Virus record (IMG/VR): IMGVR_UViG_2718218131_000005
DNA from: a virus
Lineage: Duplodnaviria > Heunggongvirae > Uroviricota > Caudoviricetes
Reading direction: 5' to 3' (one strand)
Length of the DNA: 39,971 nt
The notes beneath the pieces were generated by a model, which was not told the DNA's origin, searched no databases, and saw only the letters and a list, made by a program, of their open reading frames with translations. A program made the position numbers and the translations under genes. Positions 20,227 to 30,719 of this stretch are shown piece after piece. Position 1 is the stretch's first letter. Each line of letters opens with the position of its first letter.

Positions 20227-21366
20227 ATGGCTGGAAATACCCTGACCGGGTTGATCCCGACTATTTATACCGCCCTGGATGTTGTATCCCGTGAGCAGGT
20301 AGGTTTTATCCCTGCGGTAGCAAAAAACGCAAAAGCTGACGCCGCAGCAAAAGATCAGACGGTAACCGCGCCAGTTGCGCCTGAGGCGAAAACCGAAGAT
20401 ATCGTACCGGGGCCGTCAGCTCCGAATACCGGTGATCAAAATATTGGCACTGTTGATGTAAAAATTACTAAATCCAAAATGGCACCGGTTAAATGGAATG
20501 GTGAAGAACAACTGGCTCTTGGCCCTTCAGGGACTTACAACACCATTCTGGCTGATCAGTTCAAGCAGGCTTTTCGCGCCCTTGCAAACGAGGTTGAGGC
20601 TGATCTTGGTGCGTTGTATTTCGGTGCTTCCCGCGCCGTGGGAACCGCAGGGACAACGCCGTTTGGTGTTAAAGATGATCTTTCTGATGCTGCTCTGGCT
20701 CGTCAGGTTCTGGAGGATAACGGCGCACCGACAACCGATCTGCAGATGGTGCTTGGCTCCACTGCCATTGCTAATTTGCGCGGAAAACAGTCTGTATTGT
20801 TTAAAGTGAATGAATCCGGCACTGAACAGCTACTGCGTGAGGGCGTGTTGGGGTGTCTGGAGGGATTCAATATTCACAGTTCGGCAGGTGTGAAACGAGC
20901 GCCAAAGGTTGCTGCAACTGGTTATCTCGTGAATGGAGAGAAAAAAGAAGGCGATGTTCTTATTTCCATTGATACTGGTTCGGGGAGTATTTCTGCAGGT
21001 CAGATTGTTACGTTCGCTGGTGATCCGAATCAGTATGTTGTGGCAGCAGCGACCAGCAATCTGATTACTCTTGCAGCGCCCGGACTGCGTCAGGATCTGG
21101 CCGATGATACTGCCATCACAGTTGTTGGGGCCTTTACGGCAAATATGGCGTTTGATCGCAACGCGTTTCTGCTGGCATCCCGTACTCCGGCAATGCCGGA
21201 AGGTGGCGATAATGCTGATGATGTAATGAATGTTACGGACCCGATTTCAGGGATTACGTTCCAGATTGCACTGTATCGTCAGTATCGCCAGGTGCGCTAT
21301 GAAGTTGGACTGGCATGGGGTGTTTCATCAGTGAAGCCGGCACATGGTTGTCTGATTCTTGGTTAA
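20227..21366 (+). CDS. Major capsid protein
   Basis: About 380 aa after an AAGGA ribosome-binding site; follows the scaffold gene; terminator immediately downstream. Confidence 0.7.
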   Translation: MAGNTLTGLIPTIYTALDVVSREQVGFIPAVAKNAKADAAAKDQTVTAPVAPEAKTEDIVPGPSAPNTGDQNIGTVDVKITKSKMAPVKWNGEEQLALGPSGTYNTILADQFKQAFRALANEVEADLGALYFGASRAVGTAGTTPFGVKDDLSDAALARQVLEDNGAPTTDLQMVLGSTAIANLRGKQSVLFKVNESGTEQLLREGVLGCLEGFNIHSSAGVKRAPKVAATGYLVNGEKKEGDVLISIDTGSGSISAGQIVTFAGDPNQYVVAAATSNLITLAAPGLRQDLADDTAITVVGAFTANMAFDRNAFLLASRTPAMPEGGDNADDVMNVTDPISGITFQIALYRQYRQVRYEVGLAWGVSSVKPAHGCLILG

Positions 21367-21375
21367 ACATTCAAA

Positions 21376-21396
21376 CGGGGCTTCGGCCCCATTTTT
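21376..21396 (+). terminator. Rho-independent terminator after the major capsid gene
   Basis: GGGGC-TTCG-GCCCC followed by ATTTTTAAT. Confidence 0.5.
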
Positions 21397-21588
21397 AATG
21401 GGGGGCATATGGCCGGATTAACTAAAGAGCAAAGAGCACAGCGTGAAGCCGCACAAAAAACGCAAATTGAGTTAGTGGTTATGGTGACCGATTATCAGAT
21501 GTTTCCCGGCGCACCAACTATCGCTAATGTTCATCCTGATGAAGTTGACAACTGGAAGGCTATGGGCTGGAAAACTCAGGAGTAACAC

Positions 21589-21983
21589 ATGATCACTTAC
21601 GTGACCTGTGATGACGTTGATAATGCGTTTGGGAACGCCTGGACGAGTGAGAACGCTAAAAATAAAGCTGTTTTAATGGCTAATGCCTGGCTTAATGGCT
21701 CAACCTGAAAATTAACCCATCCCGTATTCCGGAAGAGGTAAAACTTGCGGGAGCATATGCAGCCAGAATTGCCTCATTCGGTAAGTTGTTTCAGCAGAAA
21801 AATGATTCTGGCGTTGTTATCAGTAAAGCCGTGTCGGCTGACGGGGTCAGTGTATCGAAATCATTTTCTGAGTTGCCAGCAAACAGCACTGCATTGCTTG
21901 AACCCGATTTACAGCTTGCGATAGCACTGCTGAAACCGTACGGACTTAGTCGCTCACAAGTCAGGGTTGTGAGGGGGGGATAA
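21589..21983 (+). pseudogene. Head-tail connector (gp6-like) gene apparently interrupted by a frameshift
   Basis: ATG at 21589 after an AGGAG ribosome-binding site reads MITYVTCDDVDNAFGNAWTSENAKNKAVLMANAWLNGST and stops at 21706-21708; a second frame, open from 21696, continues WLNLKINPSRIPEEVKLAGAYAARIASFGKLFQQ... to 21983. The two frames overlap on the residues WLN. Confidence 0.5.
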
Positions 21984-22366
21984 TGGGGCTTCGTGAAGAG
22001 ATTCAGTCAGAGGTTGCCGCTGCTTTTGATGAGGATTTAGCGGACGCCGTGAGTGATTTTTCTGGTTCTTACGTTACGCACCGGCACTGGGATCCTGTGA
22101 CGGAAACTGGCGGCGAATCCACCGCAATCTATACCGGGCGAGGCGTGTTGACACGTTATAAGCTGGGCAGAATTGATGGGATTAATATTTTGCATGGTGA
22201 CCTTAAATTAACCGCTCTGGTATGCGAGGTTACGGATAAACCAGCTGTCGACCATATTATTGAGATTTATGATCCTGTATCAAGGCAGTTACAACGATAC
22301 GAGGTAATTACAGCAAGTGTAGATCCTTCCGCATCAGTTTACTCTATCCAGTTAAGGAGAGCGTAA
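21983..22366 (+). CDS. Head-tail joining / head closure protein (hypothetical)
   Basis: 127 aa in the conserved neck-gene position between connector and tail genes. Confidence 0.5.
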   Translation: MGLREEIQSEVAAAFDEDLADAVSDFSGSYVTHRHWDPVTETGGESTAIYTGRGVLTRYKLGRIDGINILHGDLKLTALVCEVTDKPAVDHIIEIYDPVSRQLQRYEVITASVDPSASVYSIQLRRA

Positions 22367-22747
22367 ATGGCAAAGGCATGGGATATAGAACCGTCAATAT
22401 TTGCCGGGATGATTGAGGAAGATGTAGGGCTGAAGATTCGCTACATCGCTATTCAGATTCTTACTGCTATTGATATTGCTGCTCCGGTTGATACCGGACG
22501 TTTCAGAAATAACAACCTGGTGTCGTTACAGCATCCCGATTTTGGTATATCTGATAACGTGGATCCGAACGGTACGATTGCTGTTCAGCGTGGGATCGGG
22601 GTTATTTCGAAAGCTGCAAATTACGGAGTTATTTATATCCAGAATAACCTTCCTTATGCAGAGGCTCTTGAAAACGGTCATTCACAACAAGCGCCAACTG
22701 GCGTGTATGCCAACGCTTTTCATGGTGTTTTACAGGCTTACAAATGA
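22367..22747 (+). CDS. HK97 gp10-like neck / tail completion protein
   Basis: 126 aa ending …YAEALENGHSQQAPTGVYANAF…, reminiscent of the HK97 gp10 family. Confidence 0.55.
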   Translation: MAKAWDIEPSIFAGMIEEDVGLKIRYIAIQILTAIDIAAPVDTGRFRNNNLVSLQHPDFGISDNVDPNGTIAVQRGIGVISKAANYGVIYIQNNLPYAEALENGHSQQAPTGVYANAFHGVLQAYK

Positions 22748-23136
22748 CGTTTACTGAAATCAGAAATACGGTTATTTCCAGAATGACGGCACAGACGATT
22801 ATTGATGGAAAAGACGTATTGTATCCGAACGCGCCAACGTTCGATCCTTCCGGTAAGTTAATCTGGGCGCGGTTAAGTAATATTCCCGGGCAGGCTGGAG
22901 TTAATGAAATTGGCGCGGGGCCGATTGTTTATCGCACGGGGATAATCATTATTCAGTTATTTGTCCCCGCAGGTTCTGGTTCAAAACTCATTACTGAGAC
23001 AGCCGATAAATTGCGGGAACTGTTTGAGTTTCAGGATGACGATCGTCTCAGTTACCAGGCTGTTTCCTCAATAGCCGTTGGCGAAAAGAATGGCTGGTTC
23101 CAGCTTAATCTTCAAATTCCATATCGCGCGCTCTAG
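22744..23136 (+). CDS. Tail terminator-like protein (gpU-like position)
   Basis: 130 aa immediately upstream of the major tail protein gene. Confidence 0.5.
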   Translation: MTFTEIRNTVISRMTAQTIIDGKDVLYPNAPTFDPSGKLIWARLSNIPGQAGVNEIGAGPIVYRTGIIIIQLFVPAGSGSKLITETADKLRELFEFQDDDRLSYQAVSSIAVGEKNGWFQLNLQIPYRAL

Positions 23137-23162
23137 CGCAATTAATGACATAGGAGGCTCCT

Positions 23163-24125
23163 GTGAGTTCAGGTGCAAAGGTTATCTCGGCATTTATCCG
23201 GGAGACGGTTGCAGGCACTACGCCAGCAAGTGGTGACTGGAGTTTATTAAAACGCACAAGCTGGGGAGTAAAACCCACCCAGAATAAAGGCGAAAATAAT
23301 GAGATTGGTGGCTCCCGGATGGCTCAGGGGGCGACGCCTGGCACTGTGGATGTCGGCGGTGATGTTGGTACCAAATTTCGCTGGGGTCAACATGATGATT
23401 TTCTTGCATCCTGTTTCGGCGCGGAATGGTCAGGCGATTCTCTGACAATGGGGAATGAGCGAATAACATTTTCTCTGGCGACCTATGCGTCCGATGTCGG
23501 AATTGCCTCTGTCGTCAGAGGAGCGCAGGTTGGCTCATGGAAAATGCAGATCCCTAACGACGGCGATATTACAGCGACCGTAACCTTTGCCGGACTGGAC
23601 TGGGAATCAAAGGCCGATGATACGAATTTTATCAAAGGCGAACCTGTGGATAGTGCAGGAAAGCTACGTTATTCGTTTAAGGAGGTTTCAGCAGTAAGCC
23701 TGAATGGTGTTGCCGGAGGTAACGGTTTTTGTATCGACAGTTTTGATATTCAGTTCGATAACAAACTCCAGACACAGCGTTGTATCGGGACTGGCTCGCC
23801 TTATGCAGGAGCAAATATTCCGACTACTTTTACACCGTCCGGTACGGTGACGCTTTCATGGTCTAAAGCCGCGTGGGAAATCTGGAGTAAAACACTGACT
23901 GGAGAAACAGTTCCGTTCAGCTTCACGCTTTCGAATGGAGAGGGGGCATACACTTTCAGTTTCCCGAAGGTTCAGGTGTCAGGTGAATGGCCTGATGGGG
24001 GTAATAGCGACATTATCCAGGTTCAATTGAGCATTACCGCAGCAGATGAAGCACCTACGATAACCAGAAAAAAAAATTCCCCGGCTGCCGTGATCGCAAA
24101 AGCCAGTGCTGAGGCGATTAGTTGA
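23163..24125 (+). CDS. Major tail (tube) protein
   Basis: GTG start after an AGGAGG ribosome-binding site; 320 aa, Gly/Thr-rich; position before the chaperone pair and tape measure. Confidence 0.7.
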   Translation: MSSGAKVISAFIRETVAGTTPASGDWSLLKRTSWGVKPTQNKGENNEIGGSRMAQGATPGTVDVGGDVGTKFRWGQHDDFLASCFGAEWSGDSLTMGNERITFSLATYASDVGIASVVRGAQVGSWKMQIPNDGDITATVTFAGLDWESKADDTNFIKGEPVDSAGKLRYSFKEVSAVSLNGVAGGNGFCIDSFDIQFDNKLQTQRCIGTGSPYAGANIPTTFTPSGTVTLSWSKAAWEIWSKTLTGETVPFSFTLSNGEGAYTFSFPKVQVSGEWPDGGNSDIIQVQLSITAADEAPTITRKKNSPAAVIAKASAEAIS

Positions 24126-24173
24126 TTTTCCGTTAATCCTCCTGTGGTACTGCCCTACAGGGGGACGCATTGA

Positions 24174-24635
24174 ATGAGGTTATGGATGTTTATTCTTAAT
24201 CAGAAAATTATCATTGGTGGAGAACGCTGGTTTACGCCAATGAAGGACTTAAAACCTGTAGACGGGTTAAAACTGTTGGTGGCAAGCAGCGATAACGATC
24301 AGTATCGCTCCCGTAATGCATTAATCCGTCGCCACATTGAGAAAATGGATGCCAGTTTGCACGTCGGAACGAAGGAGTTTGATATTTCAAAGGTTTCCGA
24401 GGTGGATTCTGTTGATGATTTACTCATTGATAATGCCGCTCGTTATCTGCTGAAAGACTGGAAAGGGGTTGGTGAACTGGTTAATGGTGTTGAGGTTGCA
24501 CTGGAATATACGGCAGAACGAGGGATCGCGCTGCTTAAGCAGAATCCAGAGTTGTACTGGCAGATCCTTGCAGAAGCAGCCAGCATCGCCCAGGGTAAAG
24601 AGCAGCAGAAGCAGGATACGATAAAAAAGCCATAG
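24174..24635 (+). CDS. Tail assembly chaperone (lambda G-like)
   Basis: Acidic about 150 aa protein between the major tail and tape measure genes; ends at a slippery heptamer. Confidence 0.7.
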   Translation: MRLWMFILNQKIIIGGERWFTPMKDLKPVDGLKLLVASSDNDQYRSRNALIRRHIEKMDASLHVGTKEFDISKVSEVDSVDDLLIDNAARYLLKDWKGVGELVNGVEVALEYTAERGIALLKQNPELYWQILAEAASIAQGKEQQKQDTIKKP

Positions 24636-24943
24636 CTGCCCAGCGGTGGTTATCGGAGTTCGGGGGAGAAAGGGGGGAAAAGGCAAGATGGAAGCGAGAA
24701 AAACTCAGGTTGCCACCGATACCGGAACCAGAAATAGACCCGGTGCTTAAGGAGTTGTTGTACGCCTATTCGGTAATATCCCGTGCCCGACGTTATGCTG
24801 GAATGGCTGGGGTGCCTTTGCCTTTATCTCTGACAGAGATAAATGAATATTTAGCCACTCATCCGGTATTGATTGAGCGCGATGAATTTGAAGCAGTGAT
24901 CTTTGCACTGGATGACCAGTATTTTCAGGAGCAGTGTGTGTAG
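24174..24943 (+). CDS. Tail assembly chaperone fusion (lambda GT-like) made by programmed -1 ribosomal frameshift at 24623-24629
   Basis: Heptamer A_AAA_AAG at 24623-24629, three codons before the G stop; the -1 frame is open from there to 24943 (…KKAIAAQRWLSEFGGERGEKARWKREKLRLPPIPEPEIDPVLKELL…). Confidence 0.65.
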
Positions 24944-25063
24944 TTGTTAATTACGTACACTCTGTTACAGAGATGTGATGGTGTCTTTAATTAAATCGAT
25001 GATGCTCCTGGAGAAAAGCATTGCGTGGCCTCGTAATCGCTATATCTACTATTATGTCGCCTG

Positions 25064-25089
25064 AAACCCACTTCGCGGTGGGTTTTTTG
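25064..25089 (+). terminator. Terminator-like hairpin between the chaperone and tape measure genes
   Basis: AAACCCAC-TTCGCG-GTGGGTT followed by TTTTTG. Confidence 0.35.
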
Positions 25090-25108
25090 TTGTCAGGAGT
25101 TTTAATAA

Positions 25109-28100
25109 ATGGCAGAGCAAACCTCGCGTCTCGCAATAATTATTGATAGCACTGGAGCGAAAAATAATGCTGACAATCTGACCTCCTCATTAGTCAAAAT
25201 GACGCAGGCTGGGGAAACTGCTGCAAATAGCGCAGGGAAAGTGACTAAGGCAACAGAAGATGAGAAGAACGCGCTCGCAAAATTAAAAGCAGCTATTGAT
25301 CCAGTTGGTGCCGCAATTGATACTGTCGGTCGACGCTATTCTGAATTAAAGAAATTTTTCGATAAAGGGCTTATTGATAAAGAAGAATATGAATTTCTTG
25401 TCCGTAAACTTAATGAAACCACAGAGGAATTGAGCGGGGTTGCGCAAGCGCAGAGAGAAGCCGAGAAGGCCGGAAAACTTGCTGCCGCCCAGCAGGAAGC
25501 GCAGGCTCAGGCCTTTCAAAGAATGCTGGACAAGATCGACCCTCTGGCTGCGGCGCTAAGAAATCTTGAACAACAGCATGATGAACTTAATGCTGCGTTT
25601 GCATCCGGGAAAATAAATGGTTCTCAGTTTGAGAATTATAGCCGAAAAATACAGGAAACACGGCGAGAGCTTACCGGAGAGGCTCAGGCAGAGCGAGAAG
25701 CAGCAAAAGCGCATGATGAACAGGTTGTTGCTTTGCAACGTCTGATTGCTCAACTTGATCCTGTCGGAACTGCTTTTAATCGTCTGGTAGAACAACAGAA
25801 ACAGCTCAATGAAGCAAAAGCTAAGGGGATGCTTTCTCCTGAAATGTATGAGGAGCTTTCTGGAAAACTTCGTGCTATGCGGAGTGAGCTTGAGGTTACT
25901 CAATCACAATTAAGCAAAACCGGAATGTCGGCAAAACAAACGGCTTTTGCTATGCGCATGTTGCCTGCACAAATGACGGATATTGTTGTTGGGTTGTCCA
26001 CTGGTCAGTCGCCATTTATGGTGTTAATGCAGCAGGGCGGCCAGCTAAAAGATATGTTCGGTGGGATTGGCCCGGCGATCAAAGGTGTAGGTTCTTATGT
26101 GCTGGGATTAATTAATCCTTTTACCCTGGCCGCAGCAGCCGTTGGGGTCTTAGGACTGGCTTACTATAAAGGCTCTCAGGAGCAGGACGAATTTAATAAA
26201 TCTCTTATTCTTACCGGAAATCAGTTGGGGACAACCAGCGGGCAATTGGGCGATATAGCTCAACGTGCCGGGAATGCGGCTGATTCGACAACTGGTGCTG
26301 CGGCGGCAGTATTAAATCAGCTTGTGCGTTCGGGAAAGGTAGCGAGCAGTTCGCTGGAGCAAGTGACGACAGCGATAGTAAAAACGAGCGAAGTAACAGG
26401 AATATCAACCGAACAACTGGTTAATGACTTCAATGAAATTGCAAAGGATCCTGTCAGTGCCATATCAAAACTTAATGATCAGTACCATTTTCTGACACTT
26501 GCGACTTATAACCAGATTAAGGCGCTACAGGATGAAGGGAACCAGCAGGAGGCCGCCCGCATTGCGACAGAAGAATACTCATCCTCAATGATCCAGCGCA
26601 CCAACCAGATTAAAGAAAATCTTGGTTATCTTGAGACTGCATGGAAAGCTGTCGCAGACTCCGCAAAATGGGCATGGGATTCCATGCTGGATATTGGCCG
26701 TGAGGCCTCCCTTGATCAAAAAATCTCAGATGTTCTCCGTCAAATTGATGAAATAGAAAAAAATACCCGACCCGGAGTTTTCGGGTTAGGTGGCATTGGA
26801 GATGGCGGAGCTCAAAATAAAAGGCTGGCACGATTAAAGCAGCAATTGGGCGTACTTCAAGCAGAAAAAATTGCTCAGGACGTACTAAATTCATCAATAA
26901 ACGATTACAACAAGCGACAACAGGAAGGAATTGAACTCAGACAGAGAGCAGATGCCTTTTCAAAACAATATCAGACCCGGGAGCAGCAGAGAGCTAGTGA
27001 ACTTGCAAAACTGGAAAAGCTAAAGAATCAGTATTCAAAGGAAGAATATAATAATCTTATCGCTCAAATAAATGAGCGTTATAAAGATCCAAAGCAACCA
27101 AAGGCGAAAGGTTATTCTGATGATGCAGCCCAACGAATGATTGATCATCTGAATCAACAGAATGCGTTACTAAGTTCACAAGCTGAGTTGACCGTTAAAT
27201 TAAGTTCCTCTGAACAGGAACTGGTTAAGTGGCGTCAGCGGATTGCCGACCTAGAGTCACGACCATCATCGAAATTAACCCAGGATCAGAAATCGCTTCT
27301 CTTACACCGGGAAGAAATAACCGCGTTGATGGAGAAAAATGTTGCGATTGAAAAGAATAACAGGCTAATCAAGGAATCCGCCGAAATAACAGCATGGCGT
27401 GATTCATTGCAGGCTTCGATTGATAATCGTCAGCAGGGGTATGATATTCAGATTGCTGGTTATGGGGTTGGCGATAAAAATCAGCAACGCCAGCAGGAAT
27501 TACTGCGGATTGAACATGGATATAACAATCAGCGTCTGCAACTTGAACGTGACTATGCAGATAAATCCCGTGGAATGTCAGATCATGTTTTTCAAGAGAA
27601 AATGCAGGCTCTGAATGATGCTCTGGAACGGGAAAAAGAAATTGTCAGACAGAAAAACGAGCAGCTCGATATTCAGGCAGGAGACTGGGTTAGTGGTGCC
27701 TCCCAGGGATTCAATAACTGGCTGGATGACACTAAGGATATCAGTGAGCAGATAAAATCAACCACGACTCAGATGTTTGATGGGATGACCGATGCGCTGG
27801 GTGATTTTGTCACGACAGGCAAGGCAAATTTTCGTTCTTTCGCTACTTCCGTGATTTCGGATCTTAGTCGAATGGCATTAAAGGCTTCAATTACTGGGAT
27901 TTTCGACAGCATTAGTAACAGTTCTTCTGGGGGGATTTTAGGAACTATCGGGAGTGCTATTAGTAAATTTATTCCGAATGCAAAGGGCGGTGTTTATGAG
28001 TCTCCGTCATTGAGCACGTATTCGAACGGTATTTATGATTCCCCGCAATTTTTTGCTTTTGCAAAAGGGGCTGGTGTTTTTGGTGAGGCTGGACCGGAAG

Positions 28101-28342
28101 CCATTATGCCATTAACACGAACTTCCGATGGTTCTCTTGGTGTCAGAGCTATTAATAGTAAAAGTGGTAATGGAGGCGGAGATATTACCTATGCCCCTGT
28201 ATACCAAATCACTATTCAAAATGACGGCCAGAATGGAGAGATTGGCCCTCAGGCAATAAAAGCACTTATGGGGATGGTTGATCAGCGGGTGCAGGGCAAT
28301 CTGTTAAATATGCGACGTGATGGGGGAATATTAAGTGGCTAA
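25109..28342 (+). CDS. Tail tape measure protein (lambda H-like)
   Basis: 1077 aa, long coiled-coil-rich N-terminal half; position before the M, L, K, I homologs. Confidence 0.9.
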
Positions 28343-28673
28343 TACGGAAGAATTTCACTGGTTACCAGAGGATGGAATGAAAACAGAAAATAAACCATCG
28401 ATAAAAACTGTAAGATTTGGCGATGGTTATGAGCAACGAAGTCCAAATGGACTTAATCATTCTCTGCGCGTTTTCACCTGTGATTTCAAAGTTGAGGCGA
28501 ATGAACGTGATTCATTTGAAAAATTTTTAGCCCGGCATGAAGGCTATAAATCTTTTTTTTGGCGCCCGCCGGGTATTAACAGAAAAATCAGAGTGGTGTG
28601 TCGAACGTGGTCAGCGACAGAACATATCACCTATACCGATTTTTCGTGTCAGTTTGACGAAGTGGTGATCTGA
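28335..28673 (+). CDS. M: Minor tail protein M
   Basis: 112 aa [37 protein letters not shown]…, lambda gpM-like. Confidence 0.9.
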
Positions 28674-29371
28674 TGCAGGACATACAACAGGAAACGCTGA
28701 ATGAATGCATTCGTGCGGAGCAGTCGGCCAGCGTGGTGCTCTGGGAAATCGACCTGACCGAGGTAGGCGGGGATCGCTACTTTTTCTGTAATGAGCAGAA
28801 CGAAAAAGGTGAGTCTGTCACCTGGCAGAGTCGGCAGTATCAGGCCTATCCCATTCAGGGGAGTGGATTTGAGATGAACGGCAAGGGCAGTGCTGCCCGT
28901 CCGACACTGACGGTCTCTAACCTGCACGGCATGATCACCGGGATGGCGGAAGATCTGCAGAGTCTGGTCGGCGGAACGGTGGTCCGGCGTAAGGTTTACG
29001 CCCGCTTTCTGGATGCGGTGAACTTCGTCAACGGAAACAGCGAAGCCGATCCGGAGCAGGAGGTGATCAGCCGCTGGCGCATCGAGCAGTGCAGCGAACT
29101 GAGCGCGGTCAGTGCCTCTTTTGTACTGTCCACGCCGACTGAAACGGATGGCGCTGTTTTTCCGGGACGTATCATGCTGGCCAACACCTGCACCTGGACC
29201 TATCGCGGCGATGAGTGCGGTTATAGCGGTCCGGCGGTCGCGGATGAATATGACCAGCCGACGTCCGATATCACGAAGGATAAATGCAGCAAATGCCTGA
29301 GTGGCTGTAAGTTTCGCAATAATGTCGGCAACTTTGGCAGCTTCCTTTCCATTAACAAACTTTCGCAGTAA
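28673..29371 (+). CDS. L: Minor tail protein L
   Basis: 232 aa with C-terminal Cys cluster (CSKCLSGCKF), lambda gpL-like. Confidence 0.9.
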   Translation: MQDIQQETLNECIRAEQSASVVLWEIDLTEVGGDRYFFCNEQNEKGESVTWQSRQYQAYPIQGSGFEMNGKGSAARPTLTVSNLHGMITGMAEDLQSLVGGTVVRRKVYARFLDAVNFVNGNSEADPEQEVISRWRIEQCSELSAVSASFVLSTPTETDGAVFPGRIMLANTCTWTYRGDECGYSGPAVADEYDQPTSDITKDKCSKCLSGCKFRNNVGNFGSFLSINKLSQ

Positions 29372-29376
29372 ATCCC

Positions 29377-30120
29377 ATGACAGAGACAGAATCAGCGATT
29401 CTGGCGCACGCCCGGCGATGTGCGCCAGCGGAGTCGTGCGGCTTCGTGGTGAGAACGCCGGAGGAGGAAAGATATTTTCCCTGCGTGAATATCTCCGGTG
29501 AGCCGGAGGAGTATTTCCGGATGTCGCCGGAGGACTGGCTGAGTGCAGAAATGCAGGGAGAGATTGTGGCGCTGGTCCACAGCCACCCCGGTGGTCTGCC
29601 CTGGCTGAGTGAGGCCGACCGGCGGCTGCAGGTACAGAGTGATTTGCCGTGGTGGCTGGTCTGCCGGGGGGCGATTCATAAATTCCGCTGTGTGCCGCAT
29701 CTCACCGGGCGGCGCTTTGAGCACGGGGTAACGGACTGTTACACGCTGTTCCGGGACGCTTACCATCTGGCGGGAATTGAGATGCCGGATTTTCATCGCG
29801 GGGATGACTGGTGGCGTAACGGTCAGAATCTCTATCTGGATAATCTGGAGGCCACAGGGCTGTATCAGGTGCCGTTGTCAGCGGCGCAGCCGGGCGATGT
29901 GCTGCTGTGCTGTTTTGGTTCATCGGTGCCGAATCATGCCGCCATTTACTGTGGTGACAGCGAGCTGCTGCACCATATTCCTGAACAACTGAGCAAACGA
30001 GAGAGGTACACCGACAAATGGCAGCGACGCACACACTCCCTCTGGCGTCACCGGGCATGGCACGCATCTGCCTTTACGGGGATTTACAACGATTTGGCCG
30101 CCGCATCGACCTTCGAGTGA
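29377..30120 (+). CDS. K: Tail assembly protein K (JAB/MPN-like plus NlpC/P60-like domains)
   Basis: 247 aa with HSHP metal-binding motif (ALVHSHPGG) and a Cys-His peptidase-like segment; lambda gpK-like. Confidence 0.9.
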   Translation: MTETESAILAHARRCAPAESCGFVVRTPEEERYFPCVNISGEPEEYFRMSPEDWLSAEMQGEIVALVHSHPGGLPWLSEADRRLQVQSDLPWWLVCRGAIHKFRCVPHLTGRRFEHGVTDCYTLFRDAYHLAGIEMPDFHRGDDWWRNGQNLYLDNLEATGLYQVPLSAAQPGDVLLCCFGSSVPNHAAIYCGDSELLHHIPEQLSKRERYTDKWQRRTHSLWRHRAWHASAFTGIYNDLAAASTFE

Positions 30121-30659
30121 AAACGGGGTCCGAAGCCATCCGGGCGCTGGCCATGCAGATCCCGGCATTTCGTCAGAAACTGAGCGACGGCTGGTACCAG
30201 GTACGCATTGCCGGGCGTGATGCAGGTGAAACCGAATTGTCTGCCCGTCTTAATGAGCCGCTGGAAAATGGTGCCGTGATCCATATCGTGCCGCGTCTGG
30301 CAGGAGCCAAAAGTGGCGGTGTGTTTCAGGCTGTGCTGGGGGCGGCTGTTATGGCGGTTGCTATATGGATGCCGGGGGTAGGAATTATGGCGAGTAATCT
30401 GCTGTTTTCTCTCGGTGCCAGTATGACGCTTGGCGGTGTTGCACAGATGCTGGCCCCTAAACCCAAAACCCCCCGCACACAGACAACGGATAACGGCAAA
30501 CAGAATACCTATTTTTCTTCACTGGATAACATGGTTGCTCAGGGCAATGTTCTGCCTGTTCTGTACGGTGAAATGCGTGTGGGGTCGCGGGTGGTTTCTC
30601 AGGAGATCAGCACGGCAGACGAAGGGGACGGTGGTCAGGTTGTGGTGATTGGTCGCTGA
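30018..30659 (+). CDS. I: Tail assembly protein I
   Basis: 213 aa MAATHTLPLASPGMARICLYGDLQRFGRRIDLRVKTG…, lambda gpI-like; overlaps the end of K. Confidence 0.9.
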   Translation: MAATHTLPLASPGMARICLYGDLQRFGRRIDLRVKTGSEAIRALAMQIPAFRQKLSDGWYQVRIAGRDAGETELSARLNEPLENGAVIHIVPRLAGAKSGGVFQAVLGAAVMAVAIWMPGVGIMASNLLFSLGASMTLGGVAQMLAPKPKTPRTQTTDNGKQNTYFSSLDNMVAQGNVLPVLYGEMRVGSRVVSQEISTADEGDGGQVVVIGR

Positions 30660-30719
30660 TGCAAAATGTTTTATGTGAAACCGCCTCCGGGCGGTTTTGT
30701 CGTTTATGGAGCATGACGA

